Origin: an uncultured Blautia sp.
GTDB taxonomy: Bacteria; Bacillota; Clostridia; Lachnospirales; Lachnospiraceae
Assembly (NCBI GenBank): GCA_900551715.1
Contig: URXG01000005.1
Coordinates: forward strand, 127 to 64,126
Length of the DNA: 64,000 nucleotides
Direction of reading: 5' to 3'
How positions within the stretch are numbered: the stretch's first letter is position 1; every line of letters begins with the position of its first letter. Made by a program: the position numbers and the translations under genes. The notes below the pieces were generated by a model that worked only from the letters and a program-made list of their open reading frames with translations, ran no database searches and was not told where the DNA came from. Shown here piece after piece: positions 9,225 through 18,858 of the stretch.

Positions 9225-10939
9225 TGTGAAGAGGTTGAATGCAAGAGTTATTGCAACCCGGGTATATCACGCTAAATATAAGGTGTTTTGAGAGAGTAAA
9301 TGCAATTATAAGATAGAAGTTACAGTTGAAATAGGCTATACTTAGAATGCAGGCAGATGAAAACCAGAAGCTTTTTAACATCAAAATAAGACGGCTGGCA
9401 TGAATCTTGCAGGACTAAATGCAACCCGTCTGAAGAGATGAAAACTGCTTCTCTCAGGCATTATATTTGGGCGTTTGTTATTTTATAAGATCAGGCTTGA
9501 GGTGGATCTGGTCAGCGGGAACTGATCGAAGATCCATGAGACTCATCAGTTTTGCATCAAGCAGAAGAAGAGCCAGCTGGAATGGAGTGCAGCCATTCAG
9601 GCTGGCTCTTGCCGTACTGTTGATGTGATTCATCATAAGGTTTACTTTCTGTTCAGTAAGAGAGTCAAAAGAAGTTCCTTTTGGGAGGATATAACGTATA
9701 AACTCATGATTCTTTTCCAGGCGCCCTTTCTGCCAGGAGGACATGGGGTCGCAGTAAAAGACCTTTGTAAGGACATCCTGCCGGTGCGGCATCTCAAATA
9801 ATGAAGGATCCAGGAAAGAACTCCCGTTGTCTGTCAGTATTATCGGAAACAGCTGTGAATAAGTCTGTGGGCCAAGTTCAGACAGCAGGAGATCAAAAAC
9901 ATCCTGAACATATTTCCTGCGGTCACCAGGCAAGAGAAAAAGAAGCATCAGAGAACAGTTCCGAAAGAACAGAGTAAGGAGGACAGGACCGGATTTACCA
10001 CCGGCGCCTTCCACTACATCAAGTTCTACTATTGAAGAATCGGGGGAAGAAGCAAGAAAATCCAGGAGATCTCTGTAAGTACGGTTCTTTCGATATCCGG
10101 GAACCGGTGTATCAAGCTGTTTCTTTTTACGTTTTTTGTAGCGGACTTTTCTGGGAAGATCAAGGTTGATAATAGAAAGATATTGCTTATCCACGTAGGA
10201 ATAAAGAGTACGCTGACAGCAGGGAATATCTTCCATATGAGAAAGAAAGATATGAGAAAGCGGCTGGCCCTTTTTTATAAGTGGGGAAACGAGCCTGTCG
10301 AGCTGATCAAGTTCTTCAGGGGAGAGATTGATGCCACTGCGGGAGGAAGAACGGAGTTCCAAAGAGGTATCATGGGAATGTTTGGCGCGGTAGAAAAAGA
10401 AATCATGGGAACAACGGCGCAGCTTAGGACAAGCGTTACAGACATAAGGAGGTTTTTTTAAGAGCTCGCATTTAGCAGTCGTAAAAGAAGGACAGAAAGA
10501 AGCGCATTTCCTGCTTCGACACTTAGAGCAAAGAGAGGAGCAGGAAAGATTGCCGCAGACGCTCTGTTTGGAGCAGGAAGAAAAATAAATGCACTCGGTT
10601 TTCCTGCGGCTGCGGTCATCGTAATAGTGAGGGGAAAAGATCAGATGGCGTCGAACTTCCCTGGAAACAGAGGAAGGGCTCTTGCCAAGTTCGTCAGCAA
10701 TCTTTTTGAAGCTCCATCCTTTTTCGATGCCAGTCTCGATAGAGATTCTGTCAGAGAGTGTAAAGTGTTTGCCTTTGTTGGATTCAATAAAAGTATTCAT
10801 AAATAGAAACTCCTTTCATGTTGGAGCCTGAGAGTAATTTCATGTTACTATGATTGCAGAGGTAAATGCAACCCCTATGTCTGCGTTTGAGAACAAAAAG
10901 ATCTAAGGGTTGCATTTACTTTTTCAATTAAAATTCACA
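9225..10939 (-). mobile_element. IS30-family insertion sequence (ends either 9225-10939 or 9288-10927)
   Basis: IS30-type transposase. The right-end reverse complement TGAAAAAGTAAATGCAACCCTTAGAT matches 9289-9314 at 20/26 with TT flanks. It also matches 9235-9259 at 19/25 with terminal TGTGAA and AA flanks. Confidence 0.8.
9478..10800 (-). CDS. IS30-family DDE transposase with Cys-rich insertion
   Basis: N-terminal HTH (SFKKIADELGKSPSSVSREVRR). DDE motifs ELDVVEG / LTDNGSSF / KGRLEKNH and YCDPMSSWQKG. Confidence 0.93.
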   Translation of the reverse strand: MNTFIESNKGKHFTLSDRISIETGIEKGWSFKKIADELGKSPSSVSREVRRHLIFSPHYYDDRSRRKTECIYFSSCSKQSVCGNLSCSSLCSKCRSRKCASFCPSFTTAKCELLKKPPYVCNACPKLRRCSHDFFFYRAKHSHDTSLELRSSSRSGINLSPEELDQLDRLVSPLIKKGQPLSHIFLSHMEDIPCCQRTLYSYVDKQYLSIINLDLPRKVRYKKRKKKQLDTPVPGYRKNRTYRDLLDFLASSPDSSIVELDVVEGAGGKSGPVLLTLFFRNCSLMLLFLLPGDRRKYVQDVFDLLLSELGPQTYSQLFPIILTDNGSSFLDPSLFEMPHRQDVLTKVFYCDPMSSWQKGRLEKNHEFIRYILPKGTSFDSLTEQKVNLMMNHINSTARASLNGCTPFQLALLLLDAKLMSLMDLRSVPADQIHLKPDLIK

Positions 10940-10956
10940 AAGAGTTCACAAAATAA

Positions 10957-10983
10957 TTAGCACTCACCTCTTGACAGTGCTAA
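10957..10983 (+). promoter_or_regulatory. CIRCE element (HrcA operator) overlapping the clpB -35
   Basis: TTAGCACTC-N9-CAGTGCTAA, one mismatch to the consensus TTAGCACTC-N9-GAGTGCTAA. Confidence 0.92.
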
Positions 10984-10999
10984 TAACAAGTGTTATATT
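10971..10999 (+). promoter_or_regulatory. sigma-A promoter of clpB
   Basis: TTGACA-N17-TATATT with TG extension. Confidence 0.8.
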
Positions 11000-11077
11000 A
11001 CCAGTATAACAAAGATAACCCTAAGGATATGGGAATGTTTCTGTATCCTTTTCTTATGATATGAAGGAGGAGAGCCT

Positions 11078-13660
11078 ATGAATATCAGTAAATTTACACA
11101 GAAATCCATACAGGCTGTTCAGGACCTTGAGAAGGTTGCTTACGAATATGGCAATCAGGAAGTGGAGCAGGAGCATCTTCTTTATGCACTGCTTACCCAG
11201 GAGGACAGCCTGATCCTTAAGTTGATCGAAAAGATGGAGATCAACAAAGATTACTTTATTGATGTAGTAAAGAAAGCACTGGATGCAAAAGTCAAAGTAT
11301 CCGGTGGAGACCTGAGATTTGGACAGTATCTGAACAAGGCTCTGGTTAATGCAGAAGACGAAGCCAAAGCAATGGGTGATGAATATGTTTCTGTTGAGCA
11401 CCTGTTTCTTTCCATTCTGAAACAGCCAAGTCCCAGCATGAAAAAAATCCTCAGCGAGTTTGGCATCACCAGAGAACGTTTCCTTCAGGCACTGTCTACA
11501 GTCAGAGGTAATCAGAGAGTAGTCAGTGATAACCCGGAAGCTACTTATGATACTTTGAATAAATATGGCGAGGATCTGGTAGAAAAGGCCAGAAACCAGA
11601 AGCTGGATCCGGTGATCGGACGTGATGCGGAGATTCGTAACATCATTCGTATCCTGTCACGTAAGACAAAGAACAACCCGGTTCTTATTGGTGAACCTGG
11701 TGTTGGTAAGACTGCAGCCATTGAAGGCCTGGCACAGAGAATTGTGGCAGGGGATGTACCGGAAGGTCTGAAAGACAAAAAGATTTTTGCTCTGGATATG
11801 GGTGCGCTGGTTGCAGGTGCCAAATATCGTGGTGAATTTGAGGAACGTCTGAAAGCAGTTCTGGAAGAAGTAAGAAAGAGTGAAGGAGAGATCATCCTTT
11901 TCATCGATGAACTTCACCTGATCGTAGGTGCCGGCAAGACAGACGGTGCCATGGATGCAGGCAATATGCTGAAACCAATGCTTGCCAGGGGTGAGCTCCA
12001 CTGTATTGGTGCTACTACATTGGATGAGTATCGTCAGTATATCGAGAAAGATGCTGCCCTTGCCCGTCGATTCCAGCCGGTTATGGTGGATGAACCTACA
12101 GTAGAAGATACTATTTCTATTCTTCGTGGTCTGAAAGAAAGATATGAAGTGTTCCATGGAGTCAAGATCACAGACAGTGCGCTGGTAGCAGCAGCCACAC
12201 TTTCTCACAGATATATCACAGACCGGTTCCTGCCGGACAAAGCCATCGACCTGGTGGATGAGGCCTGTGCACTGATCAAGACAGAACTGGATTCCATGCC
12301 AACAGAGCTGGATGAACAGAGACGTAAGATCATGCAGCTGGAGATTGAGGAATCTGCTCTTAAGAAAGAAACAGATAACTTAAGTAAGGAACGACTGGCT
12401 GATCTTCAGAAGGAACTGGCTGAGATGCGTGATGCGTTTAACACACAGAAGGCACAGTGGGATAATGAGAAACATTCTGTAGAAAAGCTCCAGAAGCTTC
12501 GTGAGCAGATTGAAGATATCAATAAACAGATCCAGAAAGCAAAACAGAATTATGATCTGGAAAAAGCAGCAGAACTGCAGTATGGCGAACTTCCAAGACT
12601 TCAGCAGCAACTGGACATTGAGGAACGCCAGGTAAAAGAAAGTGACAGAAGTCTGGTACATGAGGCTGTTACAGATGATGAGATCGCAAGGATTATTTCC
12701 CGGTGGACCGGCATTCCTGTAACCAAGTTGACAGAAGGAGAAAGAACGAAACTTCTGGGTCTGGAAGATGAGCTGCACAAACGTGTCATCGGACAGGATG
12801 AAGGTGTACGTCTGGTAACAGATGCTATCCTCAGATCCAAAGCCGGTATCAAAGATCCTACAAAGCCTATCGGATCTTTCTTATTCCTCGGACCTACAGG
12901 TGTAGGTAAGACAGAGCTTGCCAAGACTCTAGCGGCTACACTGTTTGATGATGAACAGAATATGGTACGAATCGATATGAGTGAGTATATGGAGAAATAT
13001 TCGGTATCCCGTCTGATCGGAGCGCCTCCGGGATATGTAGGATATGAAGAAGGCGGTCAGCTGACAGAGGCTGTTCGTCGTAAACCATACAGTGTTGTTC
13101 TTTTTGATGAAATCGAAAAGGCACATCCGGATGTATTCAATGTACTTCTCCAGGTACTGGATGACGGACGTATCACAGATTCGCAGGGACGTACGGTAGA
13201 CTTTAAGAATACCATTCTGATCATGACATCCAATATTGGTTCTCCATATCTTCTGGATGGTATTGACGAAAATGGTGATATTAAACCGGATGCGCAGGAA
13301 CAGGTTATGAATGACCTGAGAGGACATTTCCGTCCGGAATTTTTGAACCGTCTGGATGAGATCATTATGTTCAAGCCATTGACAAAAGACAACATTGGAG
13401 GCATAGTAGACCTGATGGTCAAAGAACTTTCCAATCGTCTGGCTGATCAGGAACTTTCTCTGGAACTGACAGACGCTGCCAGAACACAGGTTATTGAGAA
13501 TGGTTATGATCCTGTTTATGGTGCACGTCCTCTGAAGCGTTATCTGCAGAACTATGTGGAGACACTGGCAGCCAAGAAGATTCTTTCTGGTGATGTACAT
13601 GCGGGAGATATTCTTGTACTGGATGTGAAAGACGGAGAGTTTGTGATCAATACCAAATAA
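11078..13660 (+). CDS. clpB: ATP-dependent disaggregase ClpB
   Basis: Two AAA+ modules ([16 protein letters not shown]), long middle coiled coil, 860 aa. Confidence 0.97.
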   Translation: MNISKFTQKSIQAVQDLEKVAYEYGNQEVEQEHLLYALLTQEDSLILKLIEKMEINKDYFIDVVKKALDAKVKVSGGDLRFGQYLNKALVNAEDEAKAMGDEYVSVEHLFLSILKQPSPSMKKILSEFGITRERFLQALSTVRGNQRVVSDNPEATYDTLNKYGEDLVEKARNQKLDPVIGRDAEIRNIIRILSRKTKNNPVLIGEPGVGKTAAIEGLAQRIVAGDVPEGLKDKKIFALDMGALVAGAKYRGEFEERLKAVLEEVRKSEGEIILFIDELHLIVGAGKTDGAMDAGNMLKPMLARGELHCIGATTLDEYRQYIEKDAALARRFQPVMVDEPTVEDTISILRGLKERYEVFHGVKITDSALVAAATLSHRYITDRFLPDKAIDLVDEACALIKTELDSMPTELDEQRRKIMQLEIEESALKKETDNLSKERLADLQKELAEMRDAFNTQKAQWDNEKHSVEKLQKLREQIEDINKQIQKAKQNYDLEKAAELQYGELPRLQQQLDIEERQVKESDRSLVHEAVTDDEIARIISRWTGIPVTKLTEGERTKLLGLEDELHKRVIGQDEGVRLVTDAILRSKAGIKDPTKPIGSFLFLGPTGVGKTELAKTLAATLFDDEQNMVRIDMSEYMEKYSVSRLIGAPPGYVGYEEGGQLTEAVRRKPYSVVLFDEIEKAHPDVFNVLLQVLDDGRITDSQGRTVDFKNTILIMTSNIGSPYLLDGIDENGDIKPDAQEQVMNDLRGHFRPEFLNRLDEIIMFKPLTKDNIGGIVDLMVKELSNRLADQELSLELTDAARTQVIENGYDPVYGARPLKRYLQNYVETLAAKKILSGDVHAGDILVLDVKDGEFVINTK

Positions 13661-13674
13661 TTAGGAGGTATCAG

Positions 13675-13848
13675 ATGATTCCGAAAGATCCGGTTATGTT
13701 ATTAAGTTATGTAAATACTCAGCTCAGGGATTTTTACAAATCCCTGGATGAGCTCTGTCAGGACAAAGATCTTGACAAAGAAGAGCTGGTTGAGAAGATG
13801 GCGTCTATTGATTACCAGTATGATCCGTCAGCCAACCAGTTTCTATAA
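13675..13848 (+). CDS. DUF4250-like small protein (57 aa, not in the ORF track)
   Basis: MIPKDPVMLLSYVNTQLRDFYKSLDELC...YQYDPSANQFL, preceded by an AGGAGG RBS. Confidence 0.85.
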   Translation: MIPKDPVMLLSYVNTQLRDFYKSLDELCQDKDLDKEELVEKMASIDYQYDPSANQFL

Positions 13849-13897
13849 AATATTAGTATAAAGAATTCCCGGTGCGAAATCGGGAAAAAATAAAATC

Positions 13898-13943
13898 AGA
13901 CTCCGGTGGGGATGATCATGAGGATCCCTGCCGGAGTCTTTTT
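13898..13943 (+). terminator. Intrinsic terminator
   Basis: AGACTCCGG...CCGGAGTCT followed by a T-run. Confidence 0.75.
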
Positions 13944-14081
13944 ACTTTCTTCACACTTTATTTAAAATATATTTAGTCCGACAAACTAAAATCTCAAGCA
14001 TACCTTCCATGTAAATCTTAAAAAAGTGTGAAATATACAAAAGCCTGTTGCGCTTTTTGTGTAATTGTATATAATATATGA

Positions 14082-14108
14082 TTAGACGACTAATTAATAG
14101 TTGACTAA
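14082..14108. promoter_or_regulatory. Candidate MarR operator
   Basis: Imperfect palindrome TTAGACGACTA-N5-TAGTTGACTAA just downstream of a TATAAT (14070-14075). A related TTTAGT-N7-ACTAAA lies at 13972-13990. Confidence 0.5.
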
Positions 14109-14135
14109 CAAATTTACGTCAACGGAGGTGAAACA

Positions 14136-14669
14136 TTGTTTACAGAAGGAGAACCAGAGTTTTGCCCGGAAGCAAACAAAGCATCTAAAGCATCTTTTTT
14201 TGGGATGTTTATGCAGATTGACCGTCGCTTTATGGGCAAATGCTTTGGACAGATGCAGGAGTTGGGCATTTATCCGGGACAGATTCCGGTGCTTGGATTA
14301 CTGGCACATAGGGACGGACTCAGTCAGAAGGAAATTGCAGAGCGGCTTCGGATCAAACCGCCTACAGTGAATGTAACCGTTCAGCGCCTGGAAAAAGCCG
14401 GATTTCTTTACAGAAAAGCAGATGAAAAAGATCAGCGTATATCCAGAATCTACCTTACAGAAAAAGGACATAAAGCCAAAGAAAAAGGCATGGAAAAGGT
14501 AGCAGAAAACGAAAAAATTCTTCTGGATGGTCTGAGCGATACAGAATTGTGTCTCTTAAGAAGATTTTTGGAGCAGATTACAGCCAATATTGACAAGATT
14601 CCTGGAGGAACCGGGAAAATCAATAAAGAAAATATCGAAAACAGAGAAAAGGAAGGTAAGAACCATTGA
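14136..14669 (+). CDS. MarR-family transcriptional regulator
   Basis: wHTH SQKEIAERLRIKPPTVNVTVQRLEKAGFL and DQRISRIYLT. TTG start after GGAGG. Confidence 0.9.
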   Translation: MFTEGEPEFCPEANKASKASFFGMFMQIDRRFMGKCFGQMQELGIYPGQIPVLGLLAHRDGLSQKEIAERLRIKPPTVNVTVQRLEKAGFLYRKADEKDQRISRIYLTEKGHKAKEKGMEKVAENEKILLDGLSDTELCLLRRFLEQITANIDKIPGGTGKINKENIENREKEGKNH

Positions 14670-16828
14670 TCAAACTGATGAAATACCTGAAAAAATCAGC
14701 CGGCTATGTAGTTTTGATTATAGCATTACTGTTTCTTCAGGCATACTGCGACCTTTCCCTGCCGGATTACACATCCAGGATCGTGAATGTAGGAATCCAG
14801 CAGAATGGTATTGAAGACAGTGTTCCTGACAAGATACGTAAGACTTCCATGGAAAGCCTGAAGTTGTTTATGGATGAAAAGGATCAGAAAATTGTAGATT
14901 CTTATTATGAAGAAGATGGAGAAAATCTTGTACTGAAAAAGAATATCTCATCGAGTGACAGAGACAAGCTGGGGACTATATTGGCTGAACCGATGATGGT
15001 TCTGACAAGTGTGTCTTCAGGAAGTGATGAAATGCAGGCTGCTTTTGCAAAGATGGGTGTTCCGGAGGGGGCAGATCCACTGGAAGTACTGGCACAGATG
15101 CCTCAGGAAGCAAGAAAATCTATCACCGACAAATTTGAAGAAAAAATTAAAGATATGCCGGAATCCATTGTGACACAGGCAGGTGTTGCCTATGTAAAGA
15201 CAGAATACGAAGCCATAGGTGAAGATGTAGATGCCATGCAGATGCATTATATCAAGGTTGCTGGTGTGAGAATGCTTGGAATGGCACTTGTCACCATGCT
15301 TTGTGCCATCTGCGTAGTATTTCTTTCTGCCAGAGTGGCAGCAGCTCTTGGTCATGATCTGAGGAATGCAGTTTACCGGAAGGTTATCACCTTTTCCAGC
15401 AGAGAATACCACAAATTTTCCACTGCGTCCCTGATCACACGCTGTACCAATGATATTCAGCAGGTACAGCAGGTTATGGCAATGTTATTCCGTATTGTAC
15501 TTTACGCACCGATCCTTGGCCTGGGAGGTGTAATCCGGGTACTGAATACCGATGCTTCCATGACCTGGATTCTTGGTGTGGCAGTGATACTGATCCTGGC
15601 GGTGATCTTTGTACTGTTCCAGGTGGCTATGCCAAAGTTTACTGTATTGCAGACTCTGGTAGACAAACTGAACCTGGTAACAAGAGAAATCCTTACCGGT
15701 ATTCCTGTGATCCGGGCATTCAGTCGGGAAAAACACGAAGAAGAACGATTTGAAGAAGCTAATGCAAGGCTTACAAAGACGAACCTTTTTGTAAACAGAT
15801 GTATGACTTTTATGATGCCTACTATGATGCTGATCATGAATGGAGTATCAGTTCTCATTATTTACAGCGGAGCTTATGCTGTAGATGGCGGAACCATGCA
15901 GGTAGGTAATGTAATGGCATTTATCCAGTATTCCATGCAGATCATCATGTCTTTTCTGATGATCACTGCCATGTCCATTATGCTTCCAAGAGCCAATGTT
16001 GCGGCTCTTCGTATTAATGAGGTACTGACAACAGAAGTCAGCATCAAAGATCCTTCTGAACCGGTGAAACCTTACGATCATGTAAAGGGAACTGTTGAAT
16101 TTGAACATGTAAGTTTTGCCTATCCGGAAGCCGGTGAAAATGTCCTGACAGATATTTCTTTCAAGGCAGAAAAAGGTGAGACGGTTGCAGTGATCGGAAG
16201 TACAGGAAGCGGTAAAAGTACACTGGTAAACCTGATTCCACGATTCTATGATGTAACTGAAGGTTCTGTGAAAGTAGATGGTATTGATGTACGGGATATG
16301 ACTCAGAAAGAAGTCAGATCCAAACTTGGTTATGTTCCACAGAAAGGCATTCTTTTCTCCGGAACTATCGATTCCAACATCCGTTATGGAAAGACAGATA
16401 TTTCAGCAGATGAAGTGAAAGAAGCAGCTGAAGTGGCACAGGCAACAGAGTTTATTGATACCAAGCCACAGGGATATGAATCACCGATCGCACAAGGGGG
16501 AACCAACGTTTCCGGCGGTCAGAAACAGAGACTTTCCATTGCCAGAGCAATTGCAAAAAAACCGGAGATCTTCATTTTTGACGACAGTTTTTCCGCACTG
16601 GACTTCAAGACAGACAGCGCTCTTCGTAAAGCTTTAAAGAAACATACAAAAGATGCAACAACCATCATCGTGGCACAGCGTATCAGTACAATTCTTAATG
16701 CAGACAAGATCATTGTACTGGACGACGGACATATGGCCGGTATCGGTTCCCACAAAGAACTGATGAAGAACTGTGAAGTTTACCGGCAGATTGCCATGAG
16801 TCAGCTTTCAGAGGAGGAATTGGCATGA
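14666..16828 (+). CDS. ABC exporter (TMD+NBD), degenerate-site subunit of a heterodimer
   Basis: GSTGSGKS, VSGGQKQR, Walker B IFIFDDS (D in place of the catalytic E), AQR switch. Confidence 0.92.
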   Translation: MIKLMKYLKKSAGYVVLIIALLFLQAYCDLSLPDYTSRIVNVGIQQNGIEDSVPDKIRKTSMESLKLFMDEKDQKIVDSYYEEDGENLVLKKNISSSDRDKLGTILAEPMMVLTSVSSGSDEMQAAFAKMGVPEGADPLEVLAQMPQEARKSITDKFEEKIKDMPESIVTQAGVAYVKTEYEAIGEDVDAMQMHYIKVAGVRMLGMALVTMLCAICVVFLSARVAAALGHDLRNAVYRKVITFSSREYHKFSTASLITRCTNDIQQVQQVMAMLFRIVLYAPILGLGGVIRVLNTDASMTWILGVAVILILAVIFVLFQVAMPKFTVLQTLVDKLNLVTREILTGIPVIRAFSREKHEEERFEEANARLTKTNLFVNRCMTFMMPTMMLIMNGVSVLIIYSGAYAVDGGTMQVGNVMAFIQYSMQIIMSFLMITAMSIMLPRANVAALRINEVLTTEVSIKDPSEPVKPYDHVKGTVEFEHVSFAYPEAGENVLTDISFKAEKGETVAVIGSTGSGKSTLVNLIPRFYDVTEGSVKVDGIDVRDMTQKEVRSKLGYVPQKGILFSGTIDSNIRYGKTDISADEVKEAAEVAQATEFIDTKPQGYESPIAQGGTNVSGGQKQRLSIARAIAKKPEIFIFDDSFSALDFKTDSALRKALKKHTKDATTIIVAQRISTILNADKIIVLDDGHMAGIGSHKELMKNCEVYRQIAMSQLSEEELA

Positions 16829-18675
16829 GTGAGCAGAGAAGAAGACGTGGCCCTATGGGTGGCAGAGGCATGCAGCCTGCAGAGAAGGCAAAAGACTTCC
16901 GAGGCTCCATGGCAAAACTGTTCCGGTATATGGAACGATACAAATTCCGTTTTGTAATGGTATTTGTTTTTGCAATCGCAGGTACAGTTTTTAATATTGC
17001 AGGACCGAAGATTCTGGGTAAAGCAACCACAGAACTTTATACAGGTCTGGTAGCCAAAGTAAATGGTACAGGTGGGATTGATTTTACAAAGATTGGCACC
17101 ATCCTTCTCTGGACTTTGGGACTGTATGTGACAAGTGCATGTTTCTCCTTTATCCAGGGATGGATCATGACAGGAATTTCCAATGATGTTACTTACAATC
17201 TGAGAAAAGACATCTCGAAGAAGATCAATCACCTGCCGCTGAATTATTTCGAAAGCAGAACAAACGGAGAAATACTTTCCAGGGTTACCAATGACGTTGA
17301 TACTCTTCAGATGAGCCTGAACCAGAGTCTTACACAGCTGATCACTTCAGTGACCACACTGATCGGTGTATTTATCATGATGCTTTCTATCAATGTGTGG
17401 ATGACTCTTGCGGCGCTGCTGATTCTTCCAGTGTCCATGTTTATCATTCAGACAGTCATGAAACATTCACAGAAATATTTCCAGGATCAGCAGACTTATC
17501 TTGGAACAGTAAATGGTCAGATTGAAGAAAATTTTGGCGGTCATGATGTTGTCAGAGTTTTCAACAAAGAAAAAGATGTACTGGATGAATTTGAAAAGGA
17601 TAATAAAAAACTTTATGAATCTGCATGGAAGTCTCAGTTCTTTTCCGGAATGATGATGCCGATCATGCAGTTTGTAGGAAACCTTGGATATGTTATGGTG
17701 GCACTTCTTGGTGGTGTTTTTGCCATTAAAGGAACTATCGAAGTAGGTGATATCCAGTCCTTCTTCCAGTATATCCGTAATTTTACACAGCCTATCCAGC
17801 AGATTGCACAGGTTACCAACCTTCTTCAGTCATCTGCAGCAGCTTCTGAGCGTGTATTTGAATTTCTGGAAGAAGAGGAAGAAGAACAGCAGCCGGCCCA
17901 TCCGGATTCCATTGAAGGAATGGAAGGTAATGTTCAGTTTGAACATGTAGAGTTTGGATATAACCCGGATAAAATTATTATTCATGATTTTTCCGCAGAT
18001 GTTCATGATGGTCAGAAGATTGCCATTGTAGGACCTACAGGAGCAGGAAAAACCACCATGGTGAAACTTCTTATGCGTTTCTATGATGTAAACAAAGGTG
18101 CCATCAAAGTGGATGGTCATGATGTAAAGAATTTTAACAGAAGTGAACTTCATGAAATGTTCGGTATGGTACTGCAGGATACCTGGCTGTTTTCAGGAAC
18201 TATTATGGAAAATATCCGCTACGGAAGACTGGATGCTACAGATGAAGAAGTAATTGCAGCAGCCAAAGCAGCCCATATTCATAACTTTATCATGCAGCAG
18301 CCGGGTGGATACCAGACGGTCCTTGATGAAGAGACCAGCAATATTTCTCAGGGGCAGAAACAGCTTCTGACCATTGCCAGAGCCATCCTTGCAGATAACA
18401 GGATCCTGATCCTGGATGAGGCTACTTCTTCTGTTGATACCAGAACAGAAATGCAGATCCAGAAGGCTATGGATAATCTGATGAAAGGCCGGACCAGCTT
18501 TGTGATTGCACACAGACTTTCTACTATCAAGGATGCAGATCTGATCCTGGTAATGAAAGACGGTGATATCATTGAACAGGGTAACCATGAAGAACTTCTT
18601 GCAAAAAAAGGCTTCTATGCAGATCTTTACAACAGCCAGTTTGAAAAAGGATCTTCTGAGGAACTCTGTTCCTGA
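16825..18675 (+). CDS. ABC exporter (TMD+NBD), consensus-site subunit
   Basis: GPTGAGKT, ISQGQKQ, ILDEATS, AHR. Confidence 0.93.
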   Translation: MSEQRRRRGPMGGRGMQPAEKAKDFRGSMAKLFRYMERYKFRFVMVFVFAIAGTVFNIAGPKILGKATTELYTGLVAKVNGTGGIDFTKIGTILLWTLGLYVTSACFSFIQGWIMTGISNDVTYNLRKDISKKINHLPLNYFESRTNGEILSRVTNDVDTLQMSLNQSLTQLITSVTTLIGVFIMMLSINVWMTLAALLILPVSMFIIQTVMKHSQKYFQDQQTYLGTVNGQIEENFGGHDVVRVFNKEKDVLDEFEKDNKKLYESAWKSQFFSGMMMPIMQFVGNLGYVMVALLGGVFAIKGTIEVGDIQSFFQYIRNFTQPIQQIAQVTNLLQSSAAASERVFEFLEEEEEEQQPAHPDSIEGMEGNVQFEHVEFGYNPDKIIIHDFSADVHDGQKIAIVGPTGAGKTTMVKLLMRFYDVNKGAIKVDGHDVKNFNRSELHEMFGMVLQDTWLFSGTIMENIRYGRLDATDEEVIAAAKAAHIHNFIMQQPGGYQTVLDEETSNISQGQKQLLTIARAILADNRILILDEATSSVDTRTEMQIQKAMDNLMKGRTSFVIAHRLSTIKDADLILVMKDGDIIEQGNHEELLAKKGFYADLYNSQFEKGSSEELCS

Positions 18676-18725
18676 ACCGGAGCAAAGAAACCGGTATGAA
18701 ATAAAAAACAGAATATAAGCCAGAG

Positions 18726-18776
18726 AAAAGACAGTCTTATGACAGGAGAACGACTCTTGTCAGAGACTGTCTTTTT
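18726..18776. terminator. Intrinsic terminator
   Basis: AAAAGACAGTCT...AGACTGTCTTTTT long stem. Confidence 0.75.
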
Positions 18777-18858
18777 GGGTATAATAAGAAAATTACGTGA
18801 CTGCAGGGAACGGTGGACAGTTGCGATTACAGTAGAAGGAGGAAAATGTGTTAAGGTT

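Noticed and set aside
9007..9384. Short ORFs (125 aa minus, 61 aa plus) in the island/IS gap
   Set aside because: They cross hairpins and the IS end and show no protein-like signal
9239..9427. Repeated 21-mers as a mini CRISPR array
   Set aside because: Spacing is irregular, the copies are degenerate and match the IS end, and no cas genes are present
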